Part shown: positions 12,662 to 27,870 of the stretch, piece after piece | How positions within the stretch are numbered: the first letter of the stretch is position 1 | Layout of the letters: the number at the start of each line of letters is the position of its first letter | Source: Marsupella aquatica | Taxonomy: Eukaryota > Plantae > Marchantiophyta | DNA length: 64,000 nucleotides | NCBI GenBank assembly: GCA_973895155.1 | Contig: OZ316896.1 | Coordinates: 14,067,542-14,131,541, forward strand | Direction of reading: 5' to 3' | Notes under the pieces: generated by a model | What the model was told of the DNA's origin: nothing | Database searches by the model: none | What the model saw: the letters and a program-made list of their open reading frames with translations, nothing else | Position numbers and translations under genes: made by a program

Positions 12662-13005
12662 TGTTGAGCATAGACGACATTCACAACAGCAAGCCCATGA
12701 AACATCCAACGCACAATAGTCGACACAGAGAGATACGTGGTTCACCTCCACATGAGGCTACGTCCACGGGAACACACAAGAGCTTTACTGCACTCTAGGC
12801 CGACCGGCCATACCAAGCATCCACAGCACAAGCTCTCCCTATCTCTCAACTAGCTCCGTAACAATGAGCCTAAGTTCCACCAGGGTCTGGCATCAGCCTT
12901 GGCTATATACACAATAGCACTACCGCTAACATTAGCTAAGTCCTAACCCGAGTTAGCCTAACTGTAGTTAGCTCATGAGTCACAAGACTAGAGCAATATC
13001 TAACA
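12662..13005. mobile_element. Solo LTR (344 bp) with 5-bp TSD TTGAA
   Basis: Starts TGTTGAG and ends CTAACA (TGTT...AACA), flanked by TTGAA on both sides. Inverted homolog at 31548-31891. Confidence 0.9.
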
Positions 13006-13394
13006 TTGAATTCTCTAATTTCTAATTTTCAGTAATCCAACATATTATTCACCCCTATTTTACCATTTTATTTGTTTACTTGAAATATTATTTACAGACC
13101 CCATGAGAGGTCCCTTCCAAAATTCCTGGCATGGGAGTGTGTCACGTCAACAACAACTGCAACAAACAAGCCTAGTCAGTTTTGTGAATCAAATGTACAG
13201 TTTCATTCGTGTTTGCGTCAATTTGGGTGTAGATTTTGGGACGCCATGCCGTAAAAAGAAATGTAAAATTTTAGAAATGCAAATAGCAAGATGGGTAAAA
13301 CTGTCACTATGTAACCATTTTAGTTACATATCCAATTTTCAAAATTAAATTCAAAGATTTTAAAAGTATTTTCATATGCCCAGAAAGGCATGAC

Positions 13395-13530
13395 TTTGTG
13401 GTAGCTCATTTGAATAGAGATTGATAGGTCTTGGGTTCAACTATTGTGGCTGACTCTTCCAACTATTGTGGTTGACTCTTCCCTTTTCGTGGGGTTTCAC
13501 AAATTTCCCCTTAAAAAAATAAAATTTAAA
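13395..13530 (+). mobile_element. SINE-like short repeat with A-rich tail (second copy ~15880-16000)
   Basis: TGATAGGTCTTGGGTTCAA (B-box-like) ... GGGGTTTCACA.ATTTC.CCTTA followed by an A-rich tract in both copies. Confidence 0.55.
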
Positions 13531-14974
13531 GGAATACTTTCATATAATAAACAATGACAATAACTAACTTGATAACTTACTTGTTAAAGGGTAATTGGCA
13601 CATGGAGTAAATTTCCAGCCTTTTGCAATTCAGGCAAACTGCCAACTATGGTCAAAACTTGAACTCAATGAATTGATACAATTCATTGATCTGGTTTCAA
13701 ATGGACTTGCCATGGATTGATTATTGACTCTCTTAGCTTGAGAATTTGGTTGCATGCAGCGAAAAAGTCTGATTTTGACAATTTCTTGTGATAACCATGC
13801 TGTCAACTTCGGCCTAGACCCGGGCCTAGAAAGCAAAGCATTCCTATGACAGTTGAAAAAATGTCAAACTGCTTAGGCCATGGCTAAATGGGTGCACAAT
13901 GATTTTTCGTGAGAAAATCTAATCTAAACAATGCAAGCTGGAAAATCTATCTTATTTGTCCAACACAACATGACTAACAGCTTCCCTTCCTAATCAGACT
14001 TCTCTCTTCTACAAGCTTAAGCGCCCGCTTAAGCGATGCCCTTCTCCATTTGATGAATAGTTGCGTCAAGGTCATGAGGCTATTAACCTCTAATTCAAAA
14101 CTTGTCAAAGTCAAACTTCAGTGAAGTCTCCAGAATTTTCAATTATTTGAAAGTACATTGACAAATCGTGCGATAAATATTCTACAAAGAGGACTCAACT
14201 CCTAGAAAGCTTAGGGTTCCTCATTGAGAAAAGCAGATTTCTCAATTGATTTGGAGAAAGTAGTCTTCTCAACTCAAATTGAGTGCCCAGGGCAATTTAG
14301 TGGTCCAATATAGTGTCATCCAATGCCCAAATCAACTAACATAAACAAAACTGTGCCTTGGGTTTATTAATTAATGTTCTGAAATTAGTGAAAATATCTC
14401 ATAGATCTTCAGTGTTTTAATGTGATTAATGTTCTAAAATTAGTGAAAATGTCTCATTGATTAATAGATCTTAATGGTTTTAAATGTCTGCTAACGAAGC
14501 ATTATGGACCATATTAGCCTCTCAAAACTCAAGCTAAAGGCCCTTATTTTCCTTGTCATTATGAAGAAGATTACAAAATCACATTTGTATGAGGTAATTT
14601 TTCCTATACTTTCATTAAAATTTGTAAAACTATCTCATCATAATAATCTGTGATACCATAACATTTTGGACCATAATAGCCTCTCGCAACTTGAGTTAAA
14701 GCTAATATTCCATACATGGTTTTTACTCAAGGAAGGCCTAAAAAATGTAGCCAGGGGGTCCACTAACTAATTTTTCAGTTTTCCATTGTTTTTACAGTTT
14801 TACAGGGTCTAATTGTTTTTCTTTGCTTTGCCTCAAACACAAGTAGTCAATTTTGATTCTTCTTGAATAACTAAGGGTTCTTGTTTATGACAATTAGTTT
14901 GTGACAAATTATGTTGATGCGACCACATGCATCCAGAAATTTTGGAATGAACTTCCCATGGGGTTCCCTAACCA

Positions 14975-15370
14975 GTTGGCCATGGAATGGGCCCCTAATT
15001 GAGAGGTCGCAGGTTCAATTCTCTCTCACGCACGTGGCATGTGGGTGGAGGGTACATGAGTGGCGTAATATTGTGAGCAGTTTAGATGATCTCAACTGCC
15101 CCTTGGTGGCCACTTTGTGATACTGGATCAATTTTCTGGGTACTGAGAATATTATTGCAGTTGTATGGAACGGGTCGTGCTGATGAGTCCCAAACCGAAA
15201 GGTTGCAGGTTCAATCCTCTCTTGTGCACATGGCATGAGCGTGGAGGGTACATGAGTGGCGTAATAACGTGAGGACTTTAGGTGATCTCAAAAGGCTCTT
15301 GTTGGCCGCTTTGTGGTCTTCAATCAGGTTTTTGGGTGCAAATAATATTGGTGCTGTTATATGGAACCAG
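14975..15370 (+). repeat. ~200-bp tandem duplication containing B-box-like GGTTCAAT
   Basis: AGGT.GCAGGTTCAAT.CTCTCT...GGAGGGTACATGAGTGGCGTAATA occurs at ~15004 and ~15200. Confidence 0.75.
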
Positions 15371-15879
15371 CTCAATCTCTATGCATTGCACAAAAAATGT
15401 TGTTGCGTAAAAGAGTGCTTGTAAAAACTATGACATTAGGTAAGAGATATTGTTGCACTAAAGACGCAAAAAGGAAACAATGTCTTTATGCAAAAGATGT
15501 TGTGCAGGAAAGATGTCCTTTTGTAAAATAATTGTTGTATAAAGGATTTTGTTTTGTGAAGAGGTTGTTCCACAAAGTGGTTGTTGCATTTCGGATTTGG
15601 TTGCATAAAGATGGAGTTGTACAAAACATGTACCTCAGTAAATAATAAATTAGTACAAAAGAGACGCCACAAAAGATGACTTTGTAACAAAAAATATGGT
15701 GACTGTTGTTGTTGAAGTATTGTTGTCAGAGAGGGTGAAGGGTTGATCACAGGGAAGATGGATGATAGTGATCAATGTGTTGTGGAGTCCAAACGTGGTG
15801 ACACGATAGGAGAGGGTAATTTTGTTTATTTGTTTTAGAGTTTTCAAAATTAAATTTGCCCATAGAGGCATGGGTGAGC

Positions 15880-16000
15880 GGTAGCCTGTCTGAGTGGTGA
15901 CTGATAGGTCTTGGGTTCAAGTGATATGACTGACTGTTCCCTTTCTATGGGGTTTCACAGATTTCTCCTTATAAATATAATAAAAAATAAAAATAAAAAA
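15880..16000 (+). mobile_element. SINE-like short repeat, copy 2
   Basis: Homologous to 13395-13530; ends in a TAAAAA-repeat tail. Confidence 0.55.
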
Positions 16001-16519
16001 TTTCAAATTTAAAATCAGCTAAAATATATATTATTATTAATATTTTGAGGGAAGAGTTGGGGCAGCTTGGTCAGACATTTCAGATAGGAGAGTATCTAGG
16101 CGGATCTAATGGTGACAAAAGACATTAATTTTTTATGAAGAGCCAGGACTGCTTTGTGACCCTCTTTTAATTTCCAGGGTGACTGTTTATCTTGTTGTTG
16201 ACTTTGCATTGGTTACTTCTAAATAGGCTGGTCCCTTTGTGATTAATGTTACTTGGCAGCATGTTTGGGTGGGAACAATTTTTACCATCTAGCACATGCA
16301 GTGCATGACAACAATTCATATTGTGGAAGCTCAGATGACAAACATTTGAAGGTATGCCTGGCTGGACACATGCAACCCTGATAGACACACAATGAGACAT
16401 TTAAATTTATGAGCAAAGGATGATTTACACTTTTCTTCCAAAGATGACATGTAACCACACATTTTCCCCCAATATAGTATCCATGGAGTACACTTCATTC
16501 TACATTCAATTAAAGGTCC

Positions 16520-17205
16520 TTTCTCCCATCACACTAGCCCCCCCTTGCGAGGTAACCTTGACTGCCCTTCAGGATCTCCATCCGCAACCCTATGATCAAC
16601 TCCCTTTCTTCGTGGAGGATTTTGAGTTTGAGGAGGATCATCAGTTTAGTAGGGACCACTTCATCTATGCCTTTCTCCATGCCCCGCGTTTCGCGGTTGG
16701 TGGCCCCTCTGGCTATGTCTTTGAGCATTTTCGTGATTTATTCCCCCCCGAGGATCCTTAGTCTGGTTTTTTTGTTTTTTCCTCCTTTTGCCAGTGTATT
16801 GTAGCTGGCCGTTTGCCTCCTCCCGTCTCTCGGCTTTTGAGTGCGTCTCGTTTATTGGCCATGGCTAAGTCTTCATCGGGTGTTTGGCCCATAGCTATTG
16901 GAGAGGTTTTTCTTTGTCTTGTGTCTCGCACACTTTTGTCGCAGTATCGCTATGCACTGTCAGATCATCTCTCTCCACATCGGTTTGCAGTGGGCGTTCC
17001 TGGCGGTTGTGAGACACTTATTGTAGGTATTCGCGTTACCTTGGACCTCCACCTTGATTGGGTTGTCCTCCAGGTTGATGTCTCTAATGTTCTCAATACG
17101 GTTTCTTGGGAACCAATTTTTGTGCTTTGAGGGCGGCGGATCCAGACATCCAGTCCCTTATCCCCTTTGTCCGTTGTTTTTATGGACTTGAGGCCCCTCT
17201 TCTAT
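16520..17205 (+). mobile_element. Decayed non-LTR retrotransposon reverse transcriptase fragment, CRE-clade-like
   Basis: Peptides LQDLHPQP..., GGPSGYVFEHFRD, SRLLAMAKSSSGVWPIAIGEVFLCLVSR, LSPHRFAVGVPGGCE and VVLQVDVSNVLNTVS match N-terminal RT subdomains (G.RPIA.GE, QFGVG..GGCE, D..NAFN.VSR). Stops and frameshifts present; truncated at ~17205. Confidence 0.8.
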
Positions 17206-17209
17206 AGAG

Positions 17210-20200
17210 TGATGGACCTAGCCACCCAACGCCCTCACCAATCCTAGCACCCACACCTAAGTGCCCCTGGTGCCCAAACGCCTCCATGGAATACCTTGAG
17301 CAAGCACCTTGGTGCCCCTTGCACCGCCTGTGGCCCCTCCAATACAAAGCTGCACTTGCTCTCCAACGCGATCGCTACTCAACGACCTTCACCGTTTGCA
17401 CAAGCAACCAAGAGTCTCGGTAAGTAACCCCCTCAGGATCTAGATCTCCCAAGTATAGCATCCTAACTCAAGCTCAACAGACATTGGTGAATAGGTCAGT
17501 GATAGGTCCTCCCGATGCCATAAGCTGAAACTAGAACCGACACCCACTGTTCATCCAAAACAACTCCTTCCTTGGGTGCAGTCCGGGTTCTCCCTCGTAT
17601 CTATCCATCACCAACTGACCGCCCTGCCCCCAAGATATGCTCATGGCCCAAATGGCGTAGCTTGTCCTAAAATTTATCCCAAGCTTGTCCCAACACGCCG
17701 GGACCAGAATGGCCCTGACTCTAACAACCAACTCCCGATTCTTGCCCCACTAATGGTCTAGGGGCCAAGTGCCCTTGGAACTCAACCTCCATGCCTACTT
17801 GGCCTTGCCTCCCCAACGCAAGCTCCCTTGAGAGACTGAACGTGAGACTGAACGTAACTTGACTGCTTGTGCTGCATCCCATGGCTCTCTAAACCCAAGA
17901 ATCCGCCCTGAACAAGCCGATTCCCACCGGTTTCACTCTTGCCAAGGCTGGTTCCGCGGCTTATTGGCATGAGACGCAACTAAAACTCCTTTACTAACTT
18001 TTTACCCACATATACTGGATAGATCCTTCATTGGGTCATGAGATATGCAGTCGGCCTACTCTGACTAGGCCTCTCCTTCCTCTCTTCCCTTGGTCTCCCT
18101 TTAGGTATGTTTGGATTTTGGCACCGGAATGATGCCCAATCGACTTAAGTAGCCGCTAAGATTCCTTTCAACTCAACACATCCAACTCTGCCTGCTCTTA
18201 ATGACTTCACTTACTTCTTTTCTCTCCTGTAGTTGATGTAGGCAATCTTCGCACAAGTTGATGCGACCCACAACTAGAAAGATGACTCATACTGACTAAG
18301 TTATATCGTGCAACTGCCATACAAAGAGTACTTCTCATACACAAGATCTACGAACTAAGCCAGAAGGCCAACTCTATTCAACTCTTAGGCATGAGGAAAC
18401 ATGAATATACACAAGAGTCACTGCATAACTAGCCGAGAACTTCTCTGACTAATTGATCCCAACCTTGCTGGTGCACTAAAAACTTGCTTAAGAAGAAGGC
18501 CCTAAGGTCCCCGCTGCATAGGTATTTATCTTGGCAGCGCACCTACCCATTTCCTTGCTGCTTAAGCCAAATCTACCTCTAAGTGGAATCTACCTATGTA
18601 CAGCGGAGCAAGAGCACAAGTGTTGCCCTTACCAACGGATTCGCAAGCCCACTAATCTAAGTGTCAGGGCCGCTTCTTGGCCCTGATCCTAATCCTAAAT
18701 TTGGAGGTCCGCGTCCGCTTGCCCACTCACGCCTCCTACCTCCATGTTCGCCCTCCCTAAAAGGGACGATGCCCCGCCACTATCATAACATCGGTGTCTG
18801 GCCCTCAATGGATGCCCCCTATCCTTCCTCAACGGCCAATGTAGGCATCCCATCCTCTGATAGGTTATCCGCTCCTAACTGGGTCAGCCCATCCTTGGCG
18901 TGATCGGGCCCCACTCCTACCTCAGCTTCTGCTTCTCCGGCTTTAGGGTGGTGGGTCCATCCCGACGGCTTTGACATTGTCAATCCCGACATCGACCATC
19001 TTGCCGTAGTGGTCCTCCTCATAGGCTCATCCTATGAGTCGATTTGTCTCGTCCTCCCAAGGTTGCGATTGATGCCGATCAATGATTGGCAACCTTGAGT
19101 CAATGCCCGTCATGGCCTCACCCAACTGGTCTTCTTGGCCTACCTCTAAGATTGCCACTTTGACAGCCACTACCTTGCATAAGGCCGGTGCCATGCTTTC
19201 TATCTCAGCCACGGTGGCCTGAGAAACCGTGTTGCTCCCTGACCCGAAAGGTTTTTGCTTCTTCTTGTCATTCCCTTCCATGGCAGCCGGTGCCTTCCCC
19301 TTGCCACTTACTTCTGGCAAGGGTGAGGGTACCTCAGCTTGTCTCTTGGTCAATACCACGCCCTGCAACCTTGTTCCCGCCACCGGAGGTCCACTTGTTG
19401 CTGCCTGCCGATTTAACTCGGACAGTTTCTTCAGCCGCTTCGTTTGGTTGTCCGCCCACCTCTACAAGTTCTCTAATTTCCGTGTGGCATCCTCCAACTC
19501 CTCCTGGGTCTTGTCTAAATCCCCGCAAGCTTCCTCCCCGGCTTCCTCCAACTCCTTCAAGTTGTCGTCCAACTCCTTCCGTAAGGCTGCCCTCTCCTCT
19601 CAGGTTGCTCTCAGCTCCGCGTTGAGCTCATGCACAACTTCAACCTATATCTTATTCATCTTCTTGTAGGTTTGGTCGAGCATGTCATCCTTCTTACGCA
19701 GGTCGGCTTGAAAGTTGGCGACAGGGTGTCGAGGTCGTCCTTCAACTTATCAAAGCTTCTGTAGGCCTCATCCAAGTTGTCCTTTTTCTGATGGAAGGCC
19801 CTGCGGAATTCTTTGATCTCCTCCTTCAGTGCCCGCTCCTCCTTCAGTGACTGTTAGGTGAGCAGCCTCTGCGTCTTTAAGCTCCTGCTTCCACTTCTCC
19901 TTCTCCTTGAGAGCCTTGGCTAAGTGCCCTTGGGTCTGGGCAAGTTTATTTTTGATTAACTGGTTATCAGCCTTGGCCGTATCCAGTTGCCCTTGCATGA
20001 TGTTTATCTCATGCCTCCTAAGTAACCCACAACTCATCTTGAGCCTGCTTGGCTGCTTTTGGATCTCCAGCCTTGGCTTCCTTCTCTCTAAGCCGCCGGA
20101 TGACCTCCTCCTTCTTCATCCTCCCCAAGGCCAGTAGTGGCGGACCTCATCCTCACCAATCCCAACACCCACGCCTAAGTGCCCTTGGTGCCAAAATGCC

Positions 20201-20653
20201 TCCACGGAATACCTCAAGCAAGCACCCTAGTGCCCCTTGCACCACCAGCGGCCGCTCCCATACGAAGCCGCACTTGCTCCCCAACATGACCGTTACTCAA
20301 CCGTCCTCACTGTCTGCACAAGCAACCAAGCGTCTCGGTAAGTAACCCTTCAGGATCTAGATCTCCCCAAGTCTAGCATCGTAACTCAAGCTCAACAAAC
20401 ATTGGTAAGTAGGTCAGCAATAGGTCCTCCCGATGCCATAAGCCGAAACCAGAATTCACACCCACTGTTCGTTCAGAATAGCTCCTTCCTTGGGCGCGGC
20501 CTGGGTCCCCCTCGTACCTATCCATCACCAACTGACCGCCCTGCCCCCAGGACATGCTCATGGCCCAAATAACGTAGCTTGTCCTAAAGCTTGTCCCCAA
20601 CACGTCAGGACCAGAATGGCCCCGACTCTAGCAACCAACTCCCGGATCGCCCA
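17210..20653. mobile_element. LTR-like element: ~520-540-bp direct repeats (17210-17749; 20138-20653) flanking a decayed minus-strand coiled-coil ORF
   Basis: The two repeats are colinear (CCTCACCAATCC...CAGGATCTAGATCTCCC...TCCATCACCAACTGACCGCCCTGCCCC...GGACCAGAATGGCCC) and can be read TG...CA. No TSD and no recognisable gag/pol. Confidence 0.6.
18820..20130 (-). pseudogene. Frameshifted coiled-coil protein ORF inside the LTR-like element
   Basis: E/K/L-rich heptad segments across frames (KNKLAQTQGHLAKALKEKEKWKQELKDAE; ERAALRKELDDNLKELEEA; DLDKTQEELEDATRKLENL) with stops and frameshifts. Confidence 0.6.
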
Positions 20654-20675
20654 TAACTTTCTAGTTAGGCGTTTA

Positions 20676-22715
20676 GGAGCACGCGATGACTTCCTAGGTG
20701 AGTAGCACTTTCTCAACTCTTTGCTTGGGTTCTCTCGGTGAAAATGTTTGGCTTGGACTGATAGTCATTTGGTGGAGCACGCGACGAGTTCCTAGGTGAG
20801 TAGCAAATTTTCAACGCTTTGCTTGGGTTCTCATCTTTTGCAGAGTGTTGGTTGCGATATTTGGCAGAGTTTACTATGCCATGTCATAAGTGTGTTCTGT
20901 AAGCAGTCCCGTGTCCTGTGTGCAGATATAACTCATTGAAAGTGCGAGATCTTCCGGCTGTGGTTGCTTAGGATCGGTGACATCCACAGATACAACAAAA
21001 CTAAATTACGGGTTTGGGATAGATGGAAGGTTTTCAAATTTCCACATTTTCGGCCAGGACGAAGAAGGGACTACTGATTTCAGAATGCTCTATTCAGACG
21101 CGAGTCTGTTCTGAAGCCCGTTGTCATAAGTCAATTCGACCCAAGTACGCACTTACATCTGTGCGGTAGTATGACCATAAGTTTAAGGGAGAAACTTGTT
21201 GAAAGCGCTTACTCGTCAGCGACTGAAGCCCACGATGATGGTAGGAGCTTCGAAATGATGTCAAAACATACAAGTTTGCCAAATCTTCAGTCAGCGCCTG
21301 GAAGCCAGGATCACCACTACATTGCCTTGTATTATGTCCCACCCTATTCATTACTGCCTGCAAGTCACTCCACTACTCTAGCCACCTGTTCTATACTTAC
21401 GTGCTTCTGATCTGAATCTGGCTCTTCTTCATAGTCTTTGAAGGGTAATGTGATAAAAATATTATTATACATGTATTAATCATACATAACATAATATAAT
21501 GTTTTCTATGCACATTCTTCTTTCCTTGCACATATCTTATGGTGGGGTTATAGAGTATATATTTTAATGTAAATAAAAATCATGACATATATCATAGTCA
21601 TGAGTTTTTTCATCCACATGATGAGCCATAGAGTTATGATCCTAGAAACTTCACTCTAGAAACTTACACCCCTTCCTTAGTTTGCATGACACTTTATAAG
21701 TAAGACTAGTTTCAATTACCTGTGCTTTGAAGATGAATACTAGAGAGTACACTAAAAATATCACTAAAATATATATTTTATTCATAATCTTTGAAGGGTG
21801 ATTTATAAGTAAGATTAGTTTCAATTACTCGTGCTTTGAAGATGAGTACTAAAGAGTACACTAAAAGTGTCACTAACATATATATTTTATTCATAATTTT
21901 TGAGGATTAATAAAATAATAAAAATTTATCATATGATATCATTTTAATAATAAAATTATCACTAACATATATGTTTTATTCATAATTTTTGAAGGTTAAT
22001 AAAATAATAAAAATTAACCATATGATATTATTTTAATAATCATAAATAAAATAATATATTTTTTTCTATACATATCTTTCTTTCTTCATACATATATTAT
22101 AGTGAGGCCATAAAACCTAATGTAAACAAAAACCATGCATGTTTTTAATTTGACATGTATCATAGTCATGAATTTTTCCGTGAACCAAGAAGTTATGGTC
22201 ATATTATGGTGGGGCCATAGAGCCCATTTTTTTAATGTACATAGAAATCATACATGCTTTTAATTTGACATGTATCAGAAATTTTTACATGATCCAAGAA
22301 ATTATGGTCTAGAGGCTTGACTCTAGAAGCCTAGGCCCCAACTCTAACTTGTAATTGATACTTTGAAAATAAGATTCTAAAAAATCTCCACCATGTGTTA
22401 CCATAATTGTATTACCAAATTGAACGTCTCACAATCTCGTTCAATTTCTACATCTAGATCAGACGTCCTTGCTAGACCTTTGTCAATCTCAGTTCCTATC
22501 AATTCCCTATAAATGCAACCTAAGCCATGTTCCATTGCTACATCGTGATCAGATGTTGCTAGACAAAGTCAATCTCAGACTCAACTCGGACCAAACAGTA
22601 CACCCTGACTAGCCTGCAGTGATGGGATCAATAGTGTCATTCAACACCACTAACTAGAAAGATAACTTAGCTGAATGGTATAATTCAACAAATTACTGGC
22701 CAACAGCGCCTACAC
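20676..22715 (+). repeat. Local duplication, copy 2, interrupted by an AT-rich insertion
   Basis: 20676-21430 matches ~3735-4708; 22382-22715 matches ~4818-5149. Confidence 0.92.
21431..22381. mobile_element. AT-rich non-autonomous insertion with internal duplications
   Basis: Absent from copy 1 of the duplication. Internally repeated blocks (TCACTAA.ATATAT.TTTTATTCATAAT; TTTAATTTGACATGTATCA) and TCTAGA-rich motifs also seen near 31480 and 32300. Confidence 0.7.
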
Positions 22716-23891
22716 TTCATATATATCTCTGCCCCGTGCAGCTTTACATTTCAATTCTAAAACATTGCAGTTTAGTTCTTCCTATTACGAATTGCTGTTA
22801 TCAATTTTCGAGTTGCCTCTTTGAAAGAAAATCAGAACAGGGACTGTAAGAAAACACTTCATTCTCATCACCTTCACTAGATATGACTTAAGGACGGCTC
22901 TTTATGCTGGGAAGCACTAGGATGAGGTAAGGATCCTCCATTTGTAGATAACAACCGTGATGACGACTCCATAGGAAGAACTATGGATGTACTAAAGAAA
23001 ACCCTTGACAAGAACTATCGCAACACAGACAGATATGTGCTCAGTTAAGGTTAATTCGACTATCTTCAGGCTGAGACAATCCAATAAAGGTTCCAGCATA
23101 ACAATCTCCAGACCTATTCACCTTCATCATAAAATAAGGCAGGCAAAGTCACCCTGGTTCTAGGAATCGCAGAATGAGAGTGGAAACAACGTACTAATAT
23201 CATTGCACAAAACCAGATAGACCTAATACAAGAAGGAATACGATCATCTACACAGATCAACTGGAAAGTAATGCGGCAAATAACGCGATAGAAATTTCCG
23301 TCATGCAGTAACAGGGTGCCAAAAGGTCTGAATTTCATTGGGAGGTACATACTTACCGTCCACCCTACCGAACTTCACCGGTCCATAGGTGCGTGCAAGG
23401 CCTAGGAGTAATCTAGTTTTCTACTGTTTATTCGAGGTTACACGATCCACAAGTGGAGCCGCTACATTAGTAAAATCTTACTCTGCAATCCCTCTCGCAG
23501 AAACTCTCATCAGGTTCTTTCAAAGTCGCACCAAAGCAATATGATCAACACTAACCTTCAACATCACAACAAATCACAACAAAAACCTTAACGTATCAGG
23601 TCAATTGCACCATATTGAATACAATACTGACGTCGCCATTAATTACAATTTGCTCGTGAAGGTGAGTCATGCACCCTACTCAGAATAGTCAACCGGAGAC
23701 AATATCGCAGTCAGCAGACCCTTCTGTGATCAGCCTAGCATGCTCATCATGTTATGGATGCAGCAACAAAAATGCTCCATTGCCCTTTGCAACCCCTAGA
23801 TCAAAGGCCCACAATCTCCTTGCTGGTTGTTTCAGCATGTCAACTTTCTTGATGGAAGGTGGTTTGTACAAGAAAAAATTAAACACAGTGT

Positions 23892-26343
<2,452 letters not shown>

Positions 26344-26887
26344 CTACCCCAAACTCTGCACAAATCTCAAGAACCACCAAAACAATCTACACAATCCTCG
26401 CCGATCCTCAGAGCCAGACGACGTCTACCGCAGCAGACAACTCTTCCGCTGCCTCTACTGAACTCGAAACACAAAACACAACCCACACTACTAAACTCGG
26501 AAAGAGAGAAATCGAAATCTGTAGCGGATCTGGTCGATCCGATCGATCCCCTCGTCCTCTCTACTGTGTGCCGTTTCTTTTATACCAACTCAGAAAAGTG
26601 TTTTTTATTGAACAACAAAAACACTGATAGAGGGCGAGAAGCATCAAGGGCTCTCCACACAATAATGGCCCGCCCTAAGACGGGGGAGCCAACGGGAGTC
26701 GGTGTGGGCCCTTTCTTTACAACCATGTTCTGGACAGCCAAGCCCTCCTCTGTGCTCTGCCGAGAGCGGATATGAGATGTCGTCGTGCATGCGTGGTGGG
26801 AGAGCGCGCCCAAGTAGGCAGCGGAATGATCCTGCCTTCTACAGCAAGCCGTGTCTAAGTGCAGGCTCACCGGACGACGCCCAGACA

Positions 26888-27870
26888 GAGCTTGCACTTG
26901 TCCAGAGTATGCACTACGCTATCGGCTCCTCGGAAGGAACCCGGAGCTTGCACTTATCGAGTGCATACCCTATATTACAGGCTCCTCGGAAGAAGCCCGA
27001 AGCTTGCACTTATCCAGAGTATGCATTATGTTATAGGCTCCTGGGAGGAAGCCTGGAGCTTGCACTTGTCCAGAGCATGCACTTTGTTACAGGCTCCTTG
27101 GAAGAAGCCCGGAGCTTGCACTTATCCAGAGTATACACTATGTTAGAGGCTCCTCGGAGGAAGCCCAAAGCTTGCACTTATCCAGAGTATACACTATGTT
27201 ATAGGCAGGTTGCACTTGTCCAGATCATGCACTTTGTGACAGGCTCCATGGAAAAAACAGGGAGCTTGCACTTATCCAGAGTATACACTATGATAGAGGC
27301 TCCTCAGAAGTAGCTCAGATCTTGCACTTATCCAGAGTATGCAATATGTTAGAGGCTCCTCATAAGAAGCCCAGAGCTTGCACTTATCCAGAATATGCAC
27401 TGCATTGTAGGCTCCTCGGAAGAAGCCCAGAGCTTGCACTTATCCACAGTATGAGCTATGTTATAGGATCTTCAGAAGATTCCCCAAGAGCCTACCCTTA
27501 TCCACAGTATGCGGTATGTTATAGGTGCATGGGAAATCGTTTATGTCATGATTCTGGGAACCCTAGTGGTTGCAGGCGACAGTGTTTAAGTGCAAGCTCC
27601 GAGGAAGACACAAGAGCCTGGAGTCCATAGTGTCAAAGTGCATTCTCCTGGGAAGATGCCTTGAGCCTACACTTATCCACACTATGCACTATGTTGTAAG
27701 CACATGAGTGTCTGGAAGACACCCAGAGCTACAGTTAATCCTAAGTGTGCAAGTCCAGGCTCCCAGAGAAGCCCAGACCCTACAGTCCATGTGTAAGTGC
27801 AGGCTCCTAGGAAGACTCCCAGTGCCTACACTTATCTACAGCAGGTGCTATGTTGTAAGTGCATGGGAAT
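26888..27870 (+). repeat. 56-bp minisatellite, ~12 clear copies to ~27530, then decayed copies
   Basis: GAGCTTGCACTTATCCAGAGTATGCACTATGTTATAGGCTCCTCGGAAGAAGCCC units start at 26888, 26944, 27000, 27056, 27112, 27168 and onward. Confidence 0.93.
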
